Source of the DNA: Octopus bimaculoides
Taxonomy: Eukaryota
Reading direction: 5' to 3'
DNA length: 47,361 nt
NCBI RefSeq assembly: GCF_001194135.2
Contig: NC_068987.1
Coordinates: 96,022,025-96,069,385, forward strand
Numbering within the stretch: position 1 is the stretch's first letter; every line of letters starts with the position of its first letter. Positions 36,065 to 47,361 of the stretch are shown one piece after another. The notes beneath the pieces are model-generated. The model ran no database searches, was not told the DNA's origin, and saw only the letters and a program-made list of their open reading frames with translations. Both the position numbers and the translations under genes were made by a program.

Positions 36065-37010
36065 GCATACATGCTTAGAAAAGTGACAAGACAGAAAGAA
36101 CTCTCACATTCCATATGCACAAACACACATACACACATATTTAAAGACAGTCATCAAACAAGTCAGAGAAAAATATATTTACACATTATATGAGAGAGAG
36201 AGAGAGAGAAAGAGAGAGAAGGAAGAAAAAAACTCATGAACAATGCTGACTGCTCTCTCTCTTTTATAAAGAAGGGTGTGACTGCGAAAATTTTGCTTTG
36301 TTCAGTGCTTTTTTGTGAAATCAACTGCAAATGAAAGATAATGATTTTTAACAACTTTCATGTCACATGTTTTGGTCTTGCTTTTATGCTTGTAAGAAGG
36401 AAAAACACACTCACATGTTTGTCATGCTTTTATGCCTTGTAAGAAGGAAAAATACACAACCTTAAAAATGAAAAAAAAAAAAATAATAATAATACCACCG
36501 CAGTTCATTTGAGGTTTCTATAACGGTCTAGGTGTCGCTGTGTTGTTAAGAGGATCATTTTGCAGCTGTGAGGTTTCTGATTCAATCCCTTTAAGTGCCA
36601 CCTTAGACAAGTATCTTCTGTTATAGTATCGGGGTGACCAAACACCTATGTGTAGAATTTGAAAGACTGGAACTGTTTTGAAGCCTGTCATATGGATCGT
36701 TCCCATTGTCAGTTGGTAGACTTGAACTCTCACCCAGTTTAACCCTTTAGAATTTAAACCACCCATATTCAGTCTAAATACTCTGTCTGTTTTGTGTTCA
36801 AAGTGACCAGATTAGGCCTCACACAACTACCCTAAAATGTCATTCTAAAAGTAAATAATCATATCATTGAAATCTGAAGGCTATGAGATAATGCATGGTT
36901 AATTGAAAGCAATTTGATTGAATAAGCATTACATGTGGCTGAGTAATCTGAATGCTAAAGGATTAATAGCATCACATGGTTCTTGAATACCTTTAGCAGA
37001 GCCTATTCTG
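35535..37010 (+). repeat. Left arm of a large inverted duplication
   Basis: Reverse complement of about 43100-44280. ORFs 36518-36766(-) and 43138-43374(+) are near-identical translations. Confidence 0.9.
36743..36962. mobile_element. piggyBac-like MITE, present only in the left arm
   Basis: TTAA|CCCTTTAG...CTAAAGGA|TTAA (36739-42 and 36963-66); the right arm has the empty site. Confidence 0.85.
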
Positions 37011-38093
37011 ATACAAACATCCTGGTCAAGTCCTCTGTGGTTAGTTTTAGGAAGGGAATTAAGCTGTAGAAACCATGCCAAAGCAAACAGTGGAACCTGC
37101 TGCGGGTCCTGGCTTTGCCAGCTCCTATCAAACCATCTAACTCCTACCTGCATGGAAAATGGATGTTAAATGAAGATAGCCTTGAGAGGGATGGACTCTG
37201 CTAGGCCTTCTCGCCCTAGATACATTACATTGCTACAGCACCCCAACGGCCCTCAAGGGACTTATCAAATGAGGAATGGTAGTGGTGGTGGTGGTGGTGG
37301 TGATGATGATGATGAGGAGGAGGAGGAGGAGGAGGAAGATGTTGTTTCAGTACCGCCTGACTGGCCTTCGTGCCGGTGGCATGTAAAAGCACCCACTACA
37401 CTCTCGGAGTGGTTGGCGTTAGGAAGGGCACCCAGCTGTAGAAACTCTGCCAAATCAGATTGGAGCCTGGTGTAGCCACCTGGTCCACCAGTCCTCAGTC
37501 AAATCGTCCAACCCATGCTAGCATGGAAAGCGGACGTTAAACAATGATGATGATGATGATGATGATGATAGTTCTTTACAGTAAGCACATTGGCTATGAT
37601 GTTAAAGTCCTGGGCCATTAACCATATAATACTAAATTAAGACTTTAATGTCATCTATTTCATAAGGGTTTAAAGGGTTTAAAGTAAAGCCCCATAACTT
37701 TAGCTACTCCCATGTACTTACTGTTTGCTATGCCCTTGATTGTGTTATCTGCACTAGGAAGGAAATTTGGTTCAACAGGGCAACAAGTCATTTCAGTATG
37801 GTAGCTTGGCTGTGGGAAATGAATGCAAACCATGAAAATGGTTGGTGCACCAAGTCTGTTTCTATGTTTTTATCTTTCATATTTTACTTGCTTCAGTCAT
37901 TAGACTGTAGCCATATTGGGGCACTGCCTTGAAGAATTTTAGTTGGATAAATCAGCCCCAGTACTTACTTTTTTTACCATGATACTTATTCTACTGAAGT
38001 TATGGGATATAAACACACCATGACTTGTCAAACGGTGAGGGTGGTGGACAAACGTAGACACAAAGACACACATAGACACACACACACACACAC

Positions 38094-38263
38094 ATTATCC
38101 AAAATATATAGAATTATATACCCATCACAGCTAATCTTACCAGTCATATGAGCGTATGGTTGCATAATCGGATTGTTATCTAACACTCCATTGTATTCCT
38201 TGCATGAAACCGATTGGTAAGATCAGCCGTGATGGATATATAATTCTATATATTTCGGATAAT
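38094..38263. mobile_element. MITE-like foldback (about 50-bp TIRs)
   Basis: attatccaaaatatatagaattatatacccatcacagctaatcttacca pairs with its reverse complement ending at 38263, with few mismatches; possible TA TSD. Confidence 0.75.
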
Positions 38264-39219
38264 ATACCTACTCTATTAACAAATATACGAGTCCATCTTT
38301 TCCCTGACTTATGGTCTCTTAGACAATTCACGTATATATATATATATAAGTATATGATGGACTTCTTTCAGTTTCTGCCTACCAGATCCATTCACAAGGC
38401 TTTTATAGACCTGAGGCTATTGTAAAAGACACTTGCCCAGGGTACTATGCAGTAGGACTAAACCTGGAACCATGTGGTTGAGAAGCAATATAATTCACAT
38501 CTACACAACTACAAAACAATATTTCAGCTAAGTACTTTTCTCTCATGAATTGAAAATATAGGACAAACACAAGACTGAAAGTAAAGCGGGAATTGTACAA
38601 CTCGTTTTTCGACATGTGGATTGATGAAAGATAAACAAAAGTTGATAAAATGGAAATATATTGCAAGAGAATGCCAGAAAAGCATGTTTAGACACGTGGA
38701 TTAATGAAAGGTAAACAAAAATTAATGCAAGTAGGAAAACAAAGAAAAATCATGATACAAATGAAAAATAATTGGTTCCTTAGAGTCACTCCCTTCTGTG
38801 AGAATTGTAGGAGTTCATCGCTGAATAATTAACTGGTTAACAATAGGACTGAGGATGAAAATATTTTGGAGGAGTGTTTTCCTTACCAAATACACATAGG
38901 ATCTCACGTTTGTAACTATGTGTTGAACAACTTTAGTTAACTGAGATTATGTAGTATATGTAGATATACTACATGCTCTCTAAGGGTTTTATTATTATTA
39001 TCATCATCATCATCATCATCATTATTATTAAGCCGGTGAGCCAGCAGAATCGTTCTCACACTGGGCAAAATGCCTAGCTGTATTTTGCTTGTTGAGATCA
39101 ACTTTGCCTTTCAACCTTTTGGTGTCAATAAATTAGGTACCATTGAAACACTAGGGGGTCAATGTAATTGACTTACTCCTCCCCCCAAATTTCAGACCTT
39201 GTGCCTATAGTAGGAAGGA

Positions 39220-39254
<35 letters not shown>

Positions 39255-39256
<2 letters not shown>

Positions 39257-40097
39257 TATACACACAACAGATAAGACAGTAGGAAAAGAAAAATTCCTAA
39301 TATCGGGCAACAAGTAACCTTAGATGCCAAGAACCCTCCTAAGTATCCTAGCTGTCCTTAATAACACTGTTTTCTGGAGCTGTACTAAACTGAGTTTTGT
39401 GCCTATCTCCTCTATCCATCTGTTCAAATTCCTTAGGGATAGTTCCCAATGCACCTGTAACTATTAGTATACATTTTCTTTAACTATATTGCATCTCCAT
39501 TATGATTAACTGGCTCATCCTAAATATTATCCCATAACTTTCTAGCTTTTCCTGCATTAGGTCTTTCACATTCAGTACTTCGTTCTCCACTATTATTTGG
39601 TCGTAGAATTTTCTCTGGTCTGTCTCAAATAATCTATTCTGTTGATACTGATCTATTCTTTTCTGATATCTGGAAAGCTTACCTGCTACTGCTATGATAC
39701 ACTGTTTCAACTCTTCTATGACTGTCCCAAATCCTTTCTCTTTGACTAAGTATCTCTTCTCAAAAGAAAATTTTAATCCTGTGTCTCCTAACTTGTTCAG
39801 TTTCCAGGCTTATATTCTACTTAAAGTCTTCGCTTTATTTGTAATCTCCTTTCCCTTTTTAATCTTTCCTAATCTTCTCCACCATAGATCAGTAGTGTCT
39901 CCTATATTTTTAGTATCTATCCTACTGATGACAGAGTCTACTTTCTCGTCTAGTAGCTTCCTTCTGTTGGTACTTTCTAATGCTCGCAGTCTTTTTCTTA
40001 CTTCTCTACTCATTATTTCCTGCAACTCTTCTAAAATCTTCTGATCTTCCTCACTTAAATCACTGGTGCCAGTTGTCCCTTCCTTATTGGTAGCACT
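39255..40097 (-). mobile_element. R4/Dong-like non-LTR element, internally deleted (no RT)
   Basis: KLSRYQKRIDQYQQNRLFETDQRKFY (pre-RT region) is fused to IVTGALGTIPK...TARILRRVL (C-terminal REL region); (AAT)n lies on both sides. Confidence 0.7.
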
Positions 40098-40106
40098 ATT
40101 ATTATT

Positions 40107-40141
<35 letters not shown>

Positions 40142-40340
40142 TATTATCATTATTTTTATTATTATTATTATTATGATTATTATTATTATCATTATTATTA
40201 TTATTAATATTATTATTATGATTATTATTATCATCATCATCATCATTATCATCATCATCATCATTATCATCATCATCATCATCATTATTATCATTATCAT
40301 TATTATTATTATTAATATTATTATTATTATGATTATTATT

Positions 40341-40390
<50 letters not shown>

Positions 40391-40540
40391 CATCATCATA
40401 ATCATTATTATCATCATCATCATCATCATTATCATCATCATCATCATCATTATTATCATTATCATTATTATTATTATTAATATTATTATTATGATTATTA
40501 TTATCATCATCATCATCATCATTATTATTATCATCATCAA
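40098..40540. repeat. Compound (ATT/ATC)n microsatellite with higher-order duplications
   Basis: Marker attaatattattattatgatt at about 40203, 40311 and 40476; source of the poly-I/M/N/D ORFs. Confidence 0.95.
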
Positions 40541-40785
40541 TGTGGCTAGCTGGCAGAATCGTTAGCATGCTGGGCAAAATGCTTGGCAGTATTTCTTCTG
40601 TTACTATATTCTGAGTTCAAATTTCTCTGAGGTCAACTTTGCCTTTCATCCTTTTGCGATCAATAAATTAAGTACCAGTCAAGTACTGGGGTCGATGTGA
40701 TTGATTGTCCCCCTCCCCACAAAAACCCAGGCCTTATGCCTATAGTAGAAAGGATTATTATAATTATTATTTGCTGCAATGCACA

Positions 40786-40950
40786 GTGGCACCTGCTTGA
40801 TGGTCAAAGTAAACAGCTACCTATTGGAATCATTTCACATTGCACGTTTGGTCCATCAGGGCTTCCCACCGTCACCTCCTCTGTACGTGCTGGCTCTTGA
40901 GCCACTGCTGTGACAGTTAGAACAGTTAGGGGGCATCCCTTTTGAACTGG
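40786..40950 (+). mobile_element. L1/Tx1-clade RT fragment
   Basis: A frame absent from the ORF track reads VNSYLLESFHIARLVHQGFPPSPPLYVLALEPLL, resembling the QGCPLSPLLY..ALEPL motif. Confidence 0.7.
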
Positions 40951-42309
40951 GATTCAGGAGGGTAGTATCATTTAATTTTGTTTACCTTTCATTAATCCAC
41001 GTGTCTAAACACGTTTTCCTGCGCAAACGTCTTCTATAATAGCCTTGGGTCAACAAAAGCCTTGTGAATGGGTTTGGTAGACAGAAACTGAAAGAATCCT
41101 GTCATGCATACACACATATGTGTGTGTGTGTGTGTGTGTGTGTGTATCATTCATACACGGTAGTATGTGAATAATATTCTTAAGGTCAACATTTACTCAC
41201 TTGCGACCACTTCTCGACTACAGGGATCCCATAATGCTAATTATATCAAAACAAAAATTTAGAATAATAAACTACTACCGGAAACAGTGGTAACACCTAG
41301 AAGTAAATTCAAAACCTAAACATTTTGTTTTTGTTTAGCTCATATGATAGAAGTGTCACAAGTGTTGTGGTCCTAATCTTTTCAAAAAAATATTCAAAAT
41401 GAAATAAGTTATTATGTAAGCTAATTGTGCCAAAAGAACATAAAACAATTTTCAAGTAATATTACTACTCATTACAATACTAAGATGACGAGCTGGCAGT
41501 CATTGACACGTAGGATGACAGCTTCACAGCATTTCATTTGTCTCTACATTCTGAGTTCAAATTCCACCAAGGTTGTTTTTGCCTTTTATCTTTTCGGTAC
41601 TCGATAAAATGAGTATCAGCTGAGTGCTGTGGTCGATGTAATCAACTTCCTTCCCCTCCGGATTTGATGGCCTTCTGCCAAAATTGGAAATCAGTATTGC
41701 AAAACGTTTGATTTTATTCAGTATTTAGGTATTTTGCAAAGATCTGCCTCATATTCATAGAATACACTATATTGTAATAAATATATATTGTAATAAATAT
41801 CATTCACACACTGCCGTGTGTGAATAATATTCTTAAGATCAACATTTACTCACTCACGACCACCTCTAGGCTTTGTTACTAATTCAGTTTTTTGCTAAAT
41901 TTGATGTTTATACATTTTTAGATTGGTCGCCTCCTAAGCTACAGTTTGAGCTACAAAATTTGAAATTTGGTTCAGTAGAAAAAAAGTTGATATTTCAAAT
42001 ATGTTAAGTCAAAAAAGGGAGAATAATGCCTGAAATTGACTTCAGGAATATACATGCAACGCTGCATACATACTTTTGTAAATACACAATATATGAGAAG
42101 GAGAAGGGTGGGGGTGAGAAGGCAGACTCCCAAAATGGAAAATGGGTAGAGTTTAAGGGTGGATGATATAAGAACCATGAGCTGGGGAAGATATGGAGAA
42201 ATGCAGAAGAGGAGGGCAAGCAGTTGGAGTAGTAAGAATGATACAGTTGCTGAGGAAAGGGAAAAGCAGGTATAATGCATGAGGCATGGAATCACTGTAA
42301 CAACATTTC

Positions 42310-42720
42310 CAGAACTCAATTTTGCTGTTGGGGGACGAGTCTTTATGAGGCCCTCATATCACCAGAGATCTCAGTACTTTGTCATCTCATCTGTCAGGTT
42401 TAGAGTCCCGAGGGCAGCCTTCACCATTTCATCTGGTGTCTTCCTGGGTCTCCCTCTCCTACAAGTTCCAACCACATTAAGCAAATGACATTTCTTTATT
42501 GAGCTGTCCTCATCCATATGTATCACATATCCCTACCAGCGCAGTCTTCTTTCTTGAACACATCTGATTCCTCTTATACCCAATTTTTTCACTCAGCACC
42601 TTTGCACTAATTATTTCATGCATACTCACTTAGTATATCCAATGAAGAATGCTCACTTCATTTCTTTCCAGTTTCCTTAGGTCCTCTGCATTGCAGTTCT
42701 AAGACAAGCACCATACAATC
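42310..42720 (-). mobile_element. RTE LINE 3' end
   Basis: Minus strand: ERRLRW*GYV.HMDED...RRGRPRKT. Shorter RTE tails at about 4480-4650 and 28390-28560. Confidence 0.8.
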
Positions 42721-43099
42721 TACTCTTCATTCTTCATGTGTGGGTGTGTACACTTGTCCTAACATCACATAATGGTTGGAAATGAACATCATACAAGCAG
42801 TGTTGTTTTTTTTCCACTCTTCCATGAAAAATGTCTGACCAAGGGGAAATATTACCATGCTTGGAAACAGGTAAGGATTGGCATCCAGAAGGGCTGCGCA
42901 GAAAAATCTGCCTCAACAAATTCCATCTGACCCATGCAAGCATGGAAAACTGGATAGTAAATGATGATGAAAATTTTTTTCATTATCACAGTTTGAGGAG
43001 GAAGGACAGCATTCATCACCCTTTTCAGGGCTACTAAGTTTGGTGAAAGAAAAAGAGAAAGTTTTATTTAGAGATAGGACCCGATTAAAAGGCATGCTT

Positions 43100-43602
43100 C
43101 AGAATGAACTGTCTTAAAAGTATCCAAGGACCATGTAATGCTACTAAACTGGGTGAGGGTTCAAGTCTACCAACTGACAATGGGAACAATCCATATGATA
43201 GGCTTCCAAACAGTTCCAGTCTTTCAAATTCTACACATAGGTGTTTGGTCACCCCAATACTATAACAGAAGATACTTGTCTAAGGTGGCACCTAGAGGGA
43301 TTGAACCAGAAACCAGTTGCAAAGTGAACCTTTTAACACAGCTACACCTAGACCATTACAGAAACCTCAAATGAGCCATGGTGGTATTATTCCATTTTTT
43401 TCCTTTTAATTTTTCCTTCTTACAAGGCATAAAAGCATGACAAACATGTGACATGGCAGTTATTAATAAACATTATTTTCCATTTCTAATTGATTTCATT
43501 AAAAAGTACTGGAAAAGACAAATCTTTCTCAGTCACACCCTTCTTTATAAAAAAGAGAGTGCAATCAGTATTGTCTATGAGTGTTTTTCTTTCTTCTCTT
43601 TC

Positions 43603-43676
<74 letters not shown>

Positions 43677-44280
43677 ATATAATGTGTAAGTATGTGTGTG
43701 TGCATATGGAATGTGAGAGTTCTTTCTGTCTTAGACAATAGAATTAGAAAAGTAGTTGACAACAAAATAAAAATACAATTCGATAGCAATTGGTTGACTT
43801 AGTCTCGCAAATAGGTTTATGCTGGGAAAATACATAAACCAACAGACACAATAGAAATATTTTAAAATGTAAAAAAAAATTTTTCTGAACTGAGTCCTTT
43901 CGTCACAATAATAAATATTAGTTTTGTATTGATTGCTGGTTTAACCATCACGCCCACCCAAAAAACAACTTTTCTCAACATAAATATATATGTAAATACA
44001 AAATCACACACTTACATAAACACACATCTACACACATATAAATAAATGCACAGACACACTAATAGACACATACCTGCTCACATAAATAAGCAAACACATA
44101 CACACATATATTATTGTGTCACAAGTTATGTCATAACTTGCCCAAAGTCCCTTTACACTCACAAGTGAAACTCAGGGTAGCAAGAAACTGATGCTACCCA
44201 AATACTATGGTACTGAATACTCACTTTTCCAACAGTTACCATTAAATAGATGTGAGTGTGTCTGTGTTTATATAAATATA
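43100..44280 (-). repeat. Right arm of the large inverted duplication
   Basis: Collinear reverse complement of the left arm, including the decayed SINE, the (GA)n tract and non-TE sequence. Confidence 0.9.
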
Positions 44281-44673
44281 TTTTTATGAATTTCTGTTAG
44301 CTTTCTTTCCTCGTGTCGACATGTCATGTAATAATATAAGTGAATATTTTATGTGGTTAGACGATTTAGTGTCTGTTTTTCAGCAAATTGGCAAAGAAAA
44401 TATTTTGTTTGCCCTTGTTTATAATTTTATTTATAATTTTCACTTTAAAACATATTTTTCACATACTGGCCACTGATAAAATTCATTAATAAACTTTTAT
44501 CCTTATATTAGTAGTATATATATATATATACTCTCTGAGTGGTTGGTGTTAGGAAGGGCATCCAGCTGTAGAAACTCTGCCAAATTAGATTGGAGCCTGG
44601 TGTAGCCATCCGGTTGCACCAGTCCTCAGTCAAATCGTCCAACCCATGCTAGCATGGAAAGCGGACGTTAAAC

Positions 44674-44711
<38 letters not shown>

Positions 44712-46664
44712 GACAGAGACAAAAACAGGTGACTTGCTGTAGACACAAGATCCCCTCCTCCAATGCCCCACCCCCTCTCAAAGGAGCTTTGTCTTGCAAG
44801 CGAGCTGTTGACCCTGGCAGTGCTGATGCCACATAAAAACCATCCAGTCCACACTGTAAAGTGGTTGGCACTTGGAAGGGCGTCCAACTGTAAAAAAGCC
44901 ATGCCAAAACTGACCTCACCTGTGCTTGTGCCATGTAAAAGGCACTCAGTCCACTCTGCTGAGGAGTTGGTTTTAGGAAAGGCATCCAGTCATTAAAAAC
45001 CCTGCCACAACAGACACAGAAGTCTGGTGCAGGATCCTGTCAAACCATCCAATAGCAGCATGGAAGGTGGACAAATGTCCCATCTTTTATGTTGTCAAAC
45101 AGTAGACTGTTACTAATCGAATCCCTCAATTCTCAGAGAAGAGAGTAAACCTAAGACAACCATATATTTTTCTCTGTATATTAATTTTTTTTCTTACTCT
45201 CCATTCATTCCCAACTTTTTTTAAATCCATGTGTCAAACCACATTTCTGTGCTTTTCTTTTGAAATACGTTATTTCTACTTAATTTTCTGTACTGTATCC
45301 GCCCTACATTTTCACACGAACATTCTAAACTACAAAACATGAAAAGCAGATATTTACTTATCTGTTTATTATTCAGGCTGTAACTGAATTTACAGACATT
45401 GCCTTTTAATGTGGGAAGTTACTGTTTATATATCATAGAGACAAAACTTTTAACCTTGGAGTTGTAACTGTATTTCTGCACACATTGTGTACATTGTTAC
45501 CTGGAAATACTGACATATTATGTCACTCTTTGACATGTGTTTCAACCACGTGTCATCTCACCAAGGAAATCCACCAATCTCAGATCTAATTTCATCATTT
45601 CTCCTTATATTTCACTTCGTTTTACATCTGTAATATCATGTTTACTATCCATCATCCACTCACTACTTTTATTTCACCTACTTTTATGTCATCTCTTTTT
45701 ATATAACATTTTCATTTTGTTTATTAATCATTTCATTATTTATCAGGTGTGGATATATGGTAGGAAGTTGGCTTCCTAACTACTTGAACAAATGCCTTAA
45801 TACCACACGGCCAAAGCTTTGTGAGTGGATTTCATAAATTGAAACTGAAAGAAGTTTGTTATGTGTGTGTGTACATATTTGTCAGTTTGAATGTGTGTTT
45901 GTGTTTCCTTGTCTTGACGTAGCTTGATTGTTATAAATGAGTGTCAATATCATACAAGCAGTGTCATTCATTTCCAATATTTTGCAAGAAAATGTTCTGC
46001 CATGGGGGGAAAAAATTACTTTCCTTAGAAACGGCTGGAGGTTGGTGACAGGATGGACATCCAGCAATAGAAAATTTATCTCAATAAACTCCATCCAACC
46101 CATGCCAGCATAAAGAAGTGAATGTTGAAATGATACCACCACTGACACCACTGCTGCCACCATCATGTCATCTTTTTTGCATGTTTCAGCTGATATTTGA
46201 CATTTTTGTTATCCAATATTTGAGCTGCAGCAGTTATAGCTGCCACAAGGTCCAGTCCTTGTGGTACAGTGACCTGTGTGCCTCACTGACCCCACGAGCT
46301 ATGCTAGCAGAACACAATGTGTAAATTTAACTTTTTTAACCTTTAGCACACTGTGGATGCATCATGACACCATATGAGTTTCCTCCCTTGTAGTAACAGG
46401 GCAGTGGTAAGGGAAACAATTCTAGAGAAAATGCAGGGTACTGAAGGATAAATTTCAGTTTTCTAATACACTCGTTACTGTGCATTCTTTTATTCGTTTA
46501 TTTGTTTCAGTCATTTGACTGCAGCCATGCTGGAGTAATGCCTTGAAGGGATTTGGTTGAACAAATCAACCTCAGGACTTATTTTTCAAGCCAAGTACTT
46601 ATTCTATTGGTCTCTTTTGCTGAACCGTTAAGTTACAGGGATGTAAATGCACCAACACCAGTTG

Positions 46665-46727
<63 letters not shown>

Positions 46728-47361
46728 AGGCTTCTTGTTGTTTCCAAATACCAAATCCACTCACAAGGCTTTGATCAGCCTGGGGCTATAGTAGAAGACA
46801 CTTACCAAAGGTGCCATGCAGTGACACTGAACCTGGTACCATGTGGTTGGGAAGTAAGCATCTCACCACTCAATCAAGCAACCGCAATTGTTCCCGCTCA
46901 CTTCAGGCACCCTTACTCAACTCATTCCTACTCACCATGTACCTTGAAGGTCCACTCTAAAACCATCACCAATTTCTAACTCCTCTCATCACCCACCTAC
47001 CTCTCTTCTAAATCACGTATTGTCATGAAGCTCCTTTTCAGCAAGTAACCTGCTTTGCTCTGGTTCCTTTCTCTTGTACTTTACCTCTCCCTACTCCTTA
47101 TTCTCCTAGCACAAAGCTCCCTCTCCACACTCAAGATTTGTAGTCTTGCAAGCTGCATGGTGACCTCACTAGAGCTGGTGGCATAAAAAGAAAGTGGTTG
47201 GTGTTAAAAAAGGCATCCAGCCAAACAGACACTGGAGCACAAGGTTATCCTTGGACCCAGCCTCATCAGGTCACCTGTCAAACTGACCGACTCGTACCGA
47301 CATGAAAAATGAATGTTATGTGATGCTTGATATCATCATCATCATCATCGTTTAACGTCCG

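Noticed and set aside
39810-40577. Poly-N/D, poly-I/M ORFs
   Set aside because: Translations of a triplet microsatellite; only the LINE-derived end is meaningful.
41921-42060. Candidate missing SRBD1 exon after catttttag (also 45377 and 32535)
   Set aside because: The required phase hits a stop within a few codons and there is no S1/HhH similarity.
35535-44280. Large inverted arms as the TIRs of a foldback/Mutator transposon
   Set aside because: No TSD and no transposase in the spacer; the arms contain decayed SINE and microsatellite sequence, which fits duplicated intron better.
47255-47275. Other CTGATGA matches (also 23858 and 11761)
   Set aside because: No stem II followed by GAAA, so not hammerheads.
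1-47361. CRISPR arrays, rRNA, prokaryotic operons
   Set aside because: None seen; the sequence is an intron-rich eukaryotic locus.

Overview
This is a 47-kb AT-rich eukaryotic window, probably from an Octopus/cephalopod genome (inferred from the repeat families, not provable here). It carries 14 internal + strand coding exons (2313-31801, 1920 nt) of an SRBD1/Tex-family gene. All 14 have GT-AG boundaries and join in one stop-free frame covering Tex_N, the YqgF-like domain and HhH. The first exon and the 3' HhH/S1 exons were not found. The introns are packed with SINEs, LINE fragments (RTE, R4/Dong-like, L1/Tx1-like), a decayed mariner, MITEs, a solo LTR and microsatellites. Almost all ORF-track entries are repeat-derived artefacts. 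Three observations stand out. (1) A non-autonomous element joins a tRNA-like Pol III head to a Penelope-type tail carrying a minimal hammerhead-ribozyme motif; it occurs twice in head-to-head inverted form, once with a target-site duplication. (2) A nested inverted duplication spans about 8.7 kb of the last intron. (3) An R4/Dong-like element that has lost its RT sits inside AAT repeats. Alignments were read by eye and identities are estimates.
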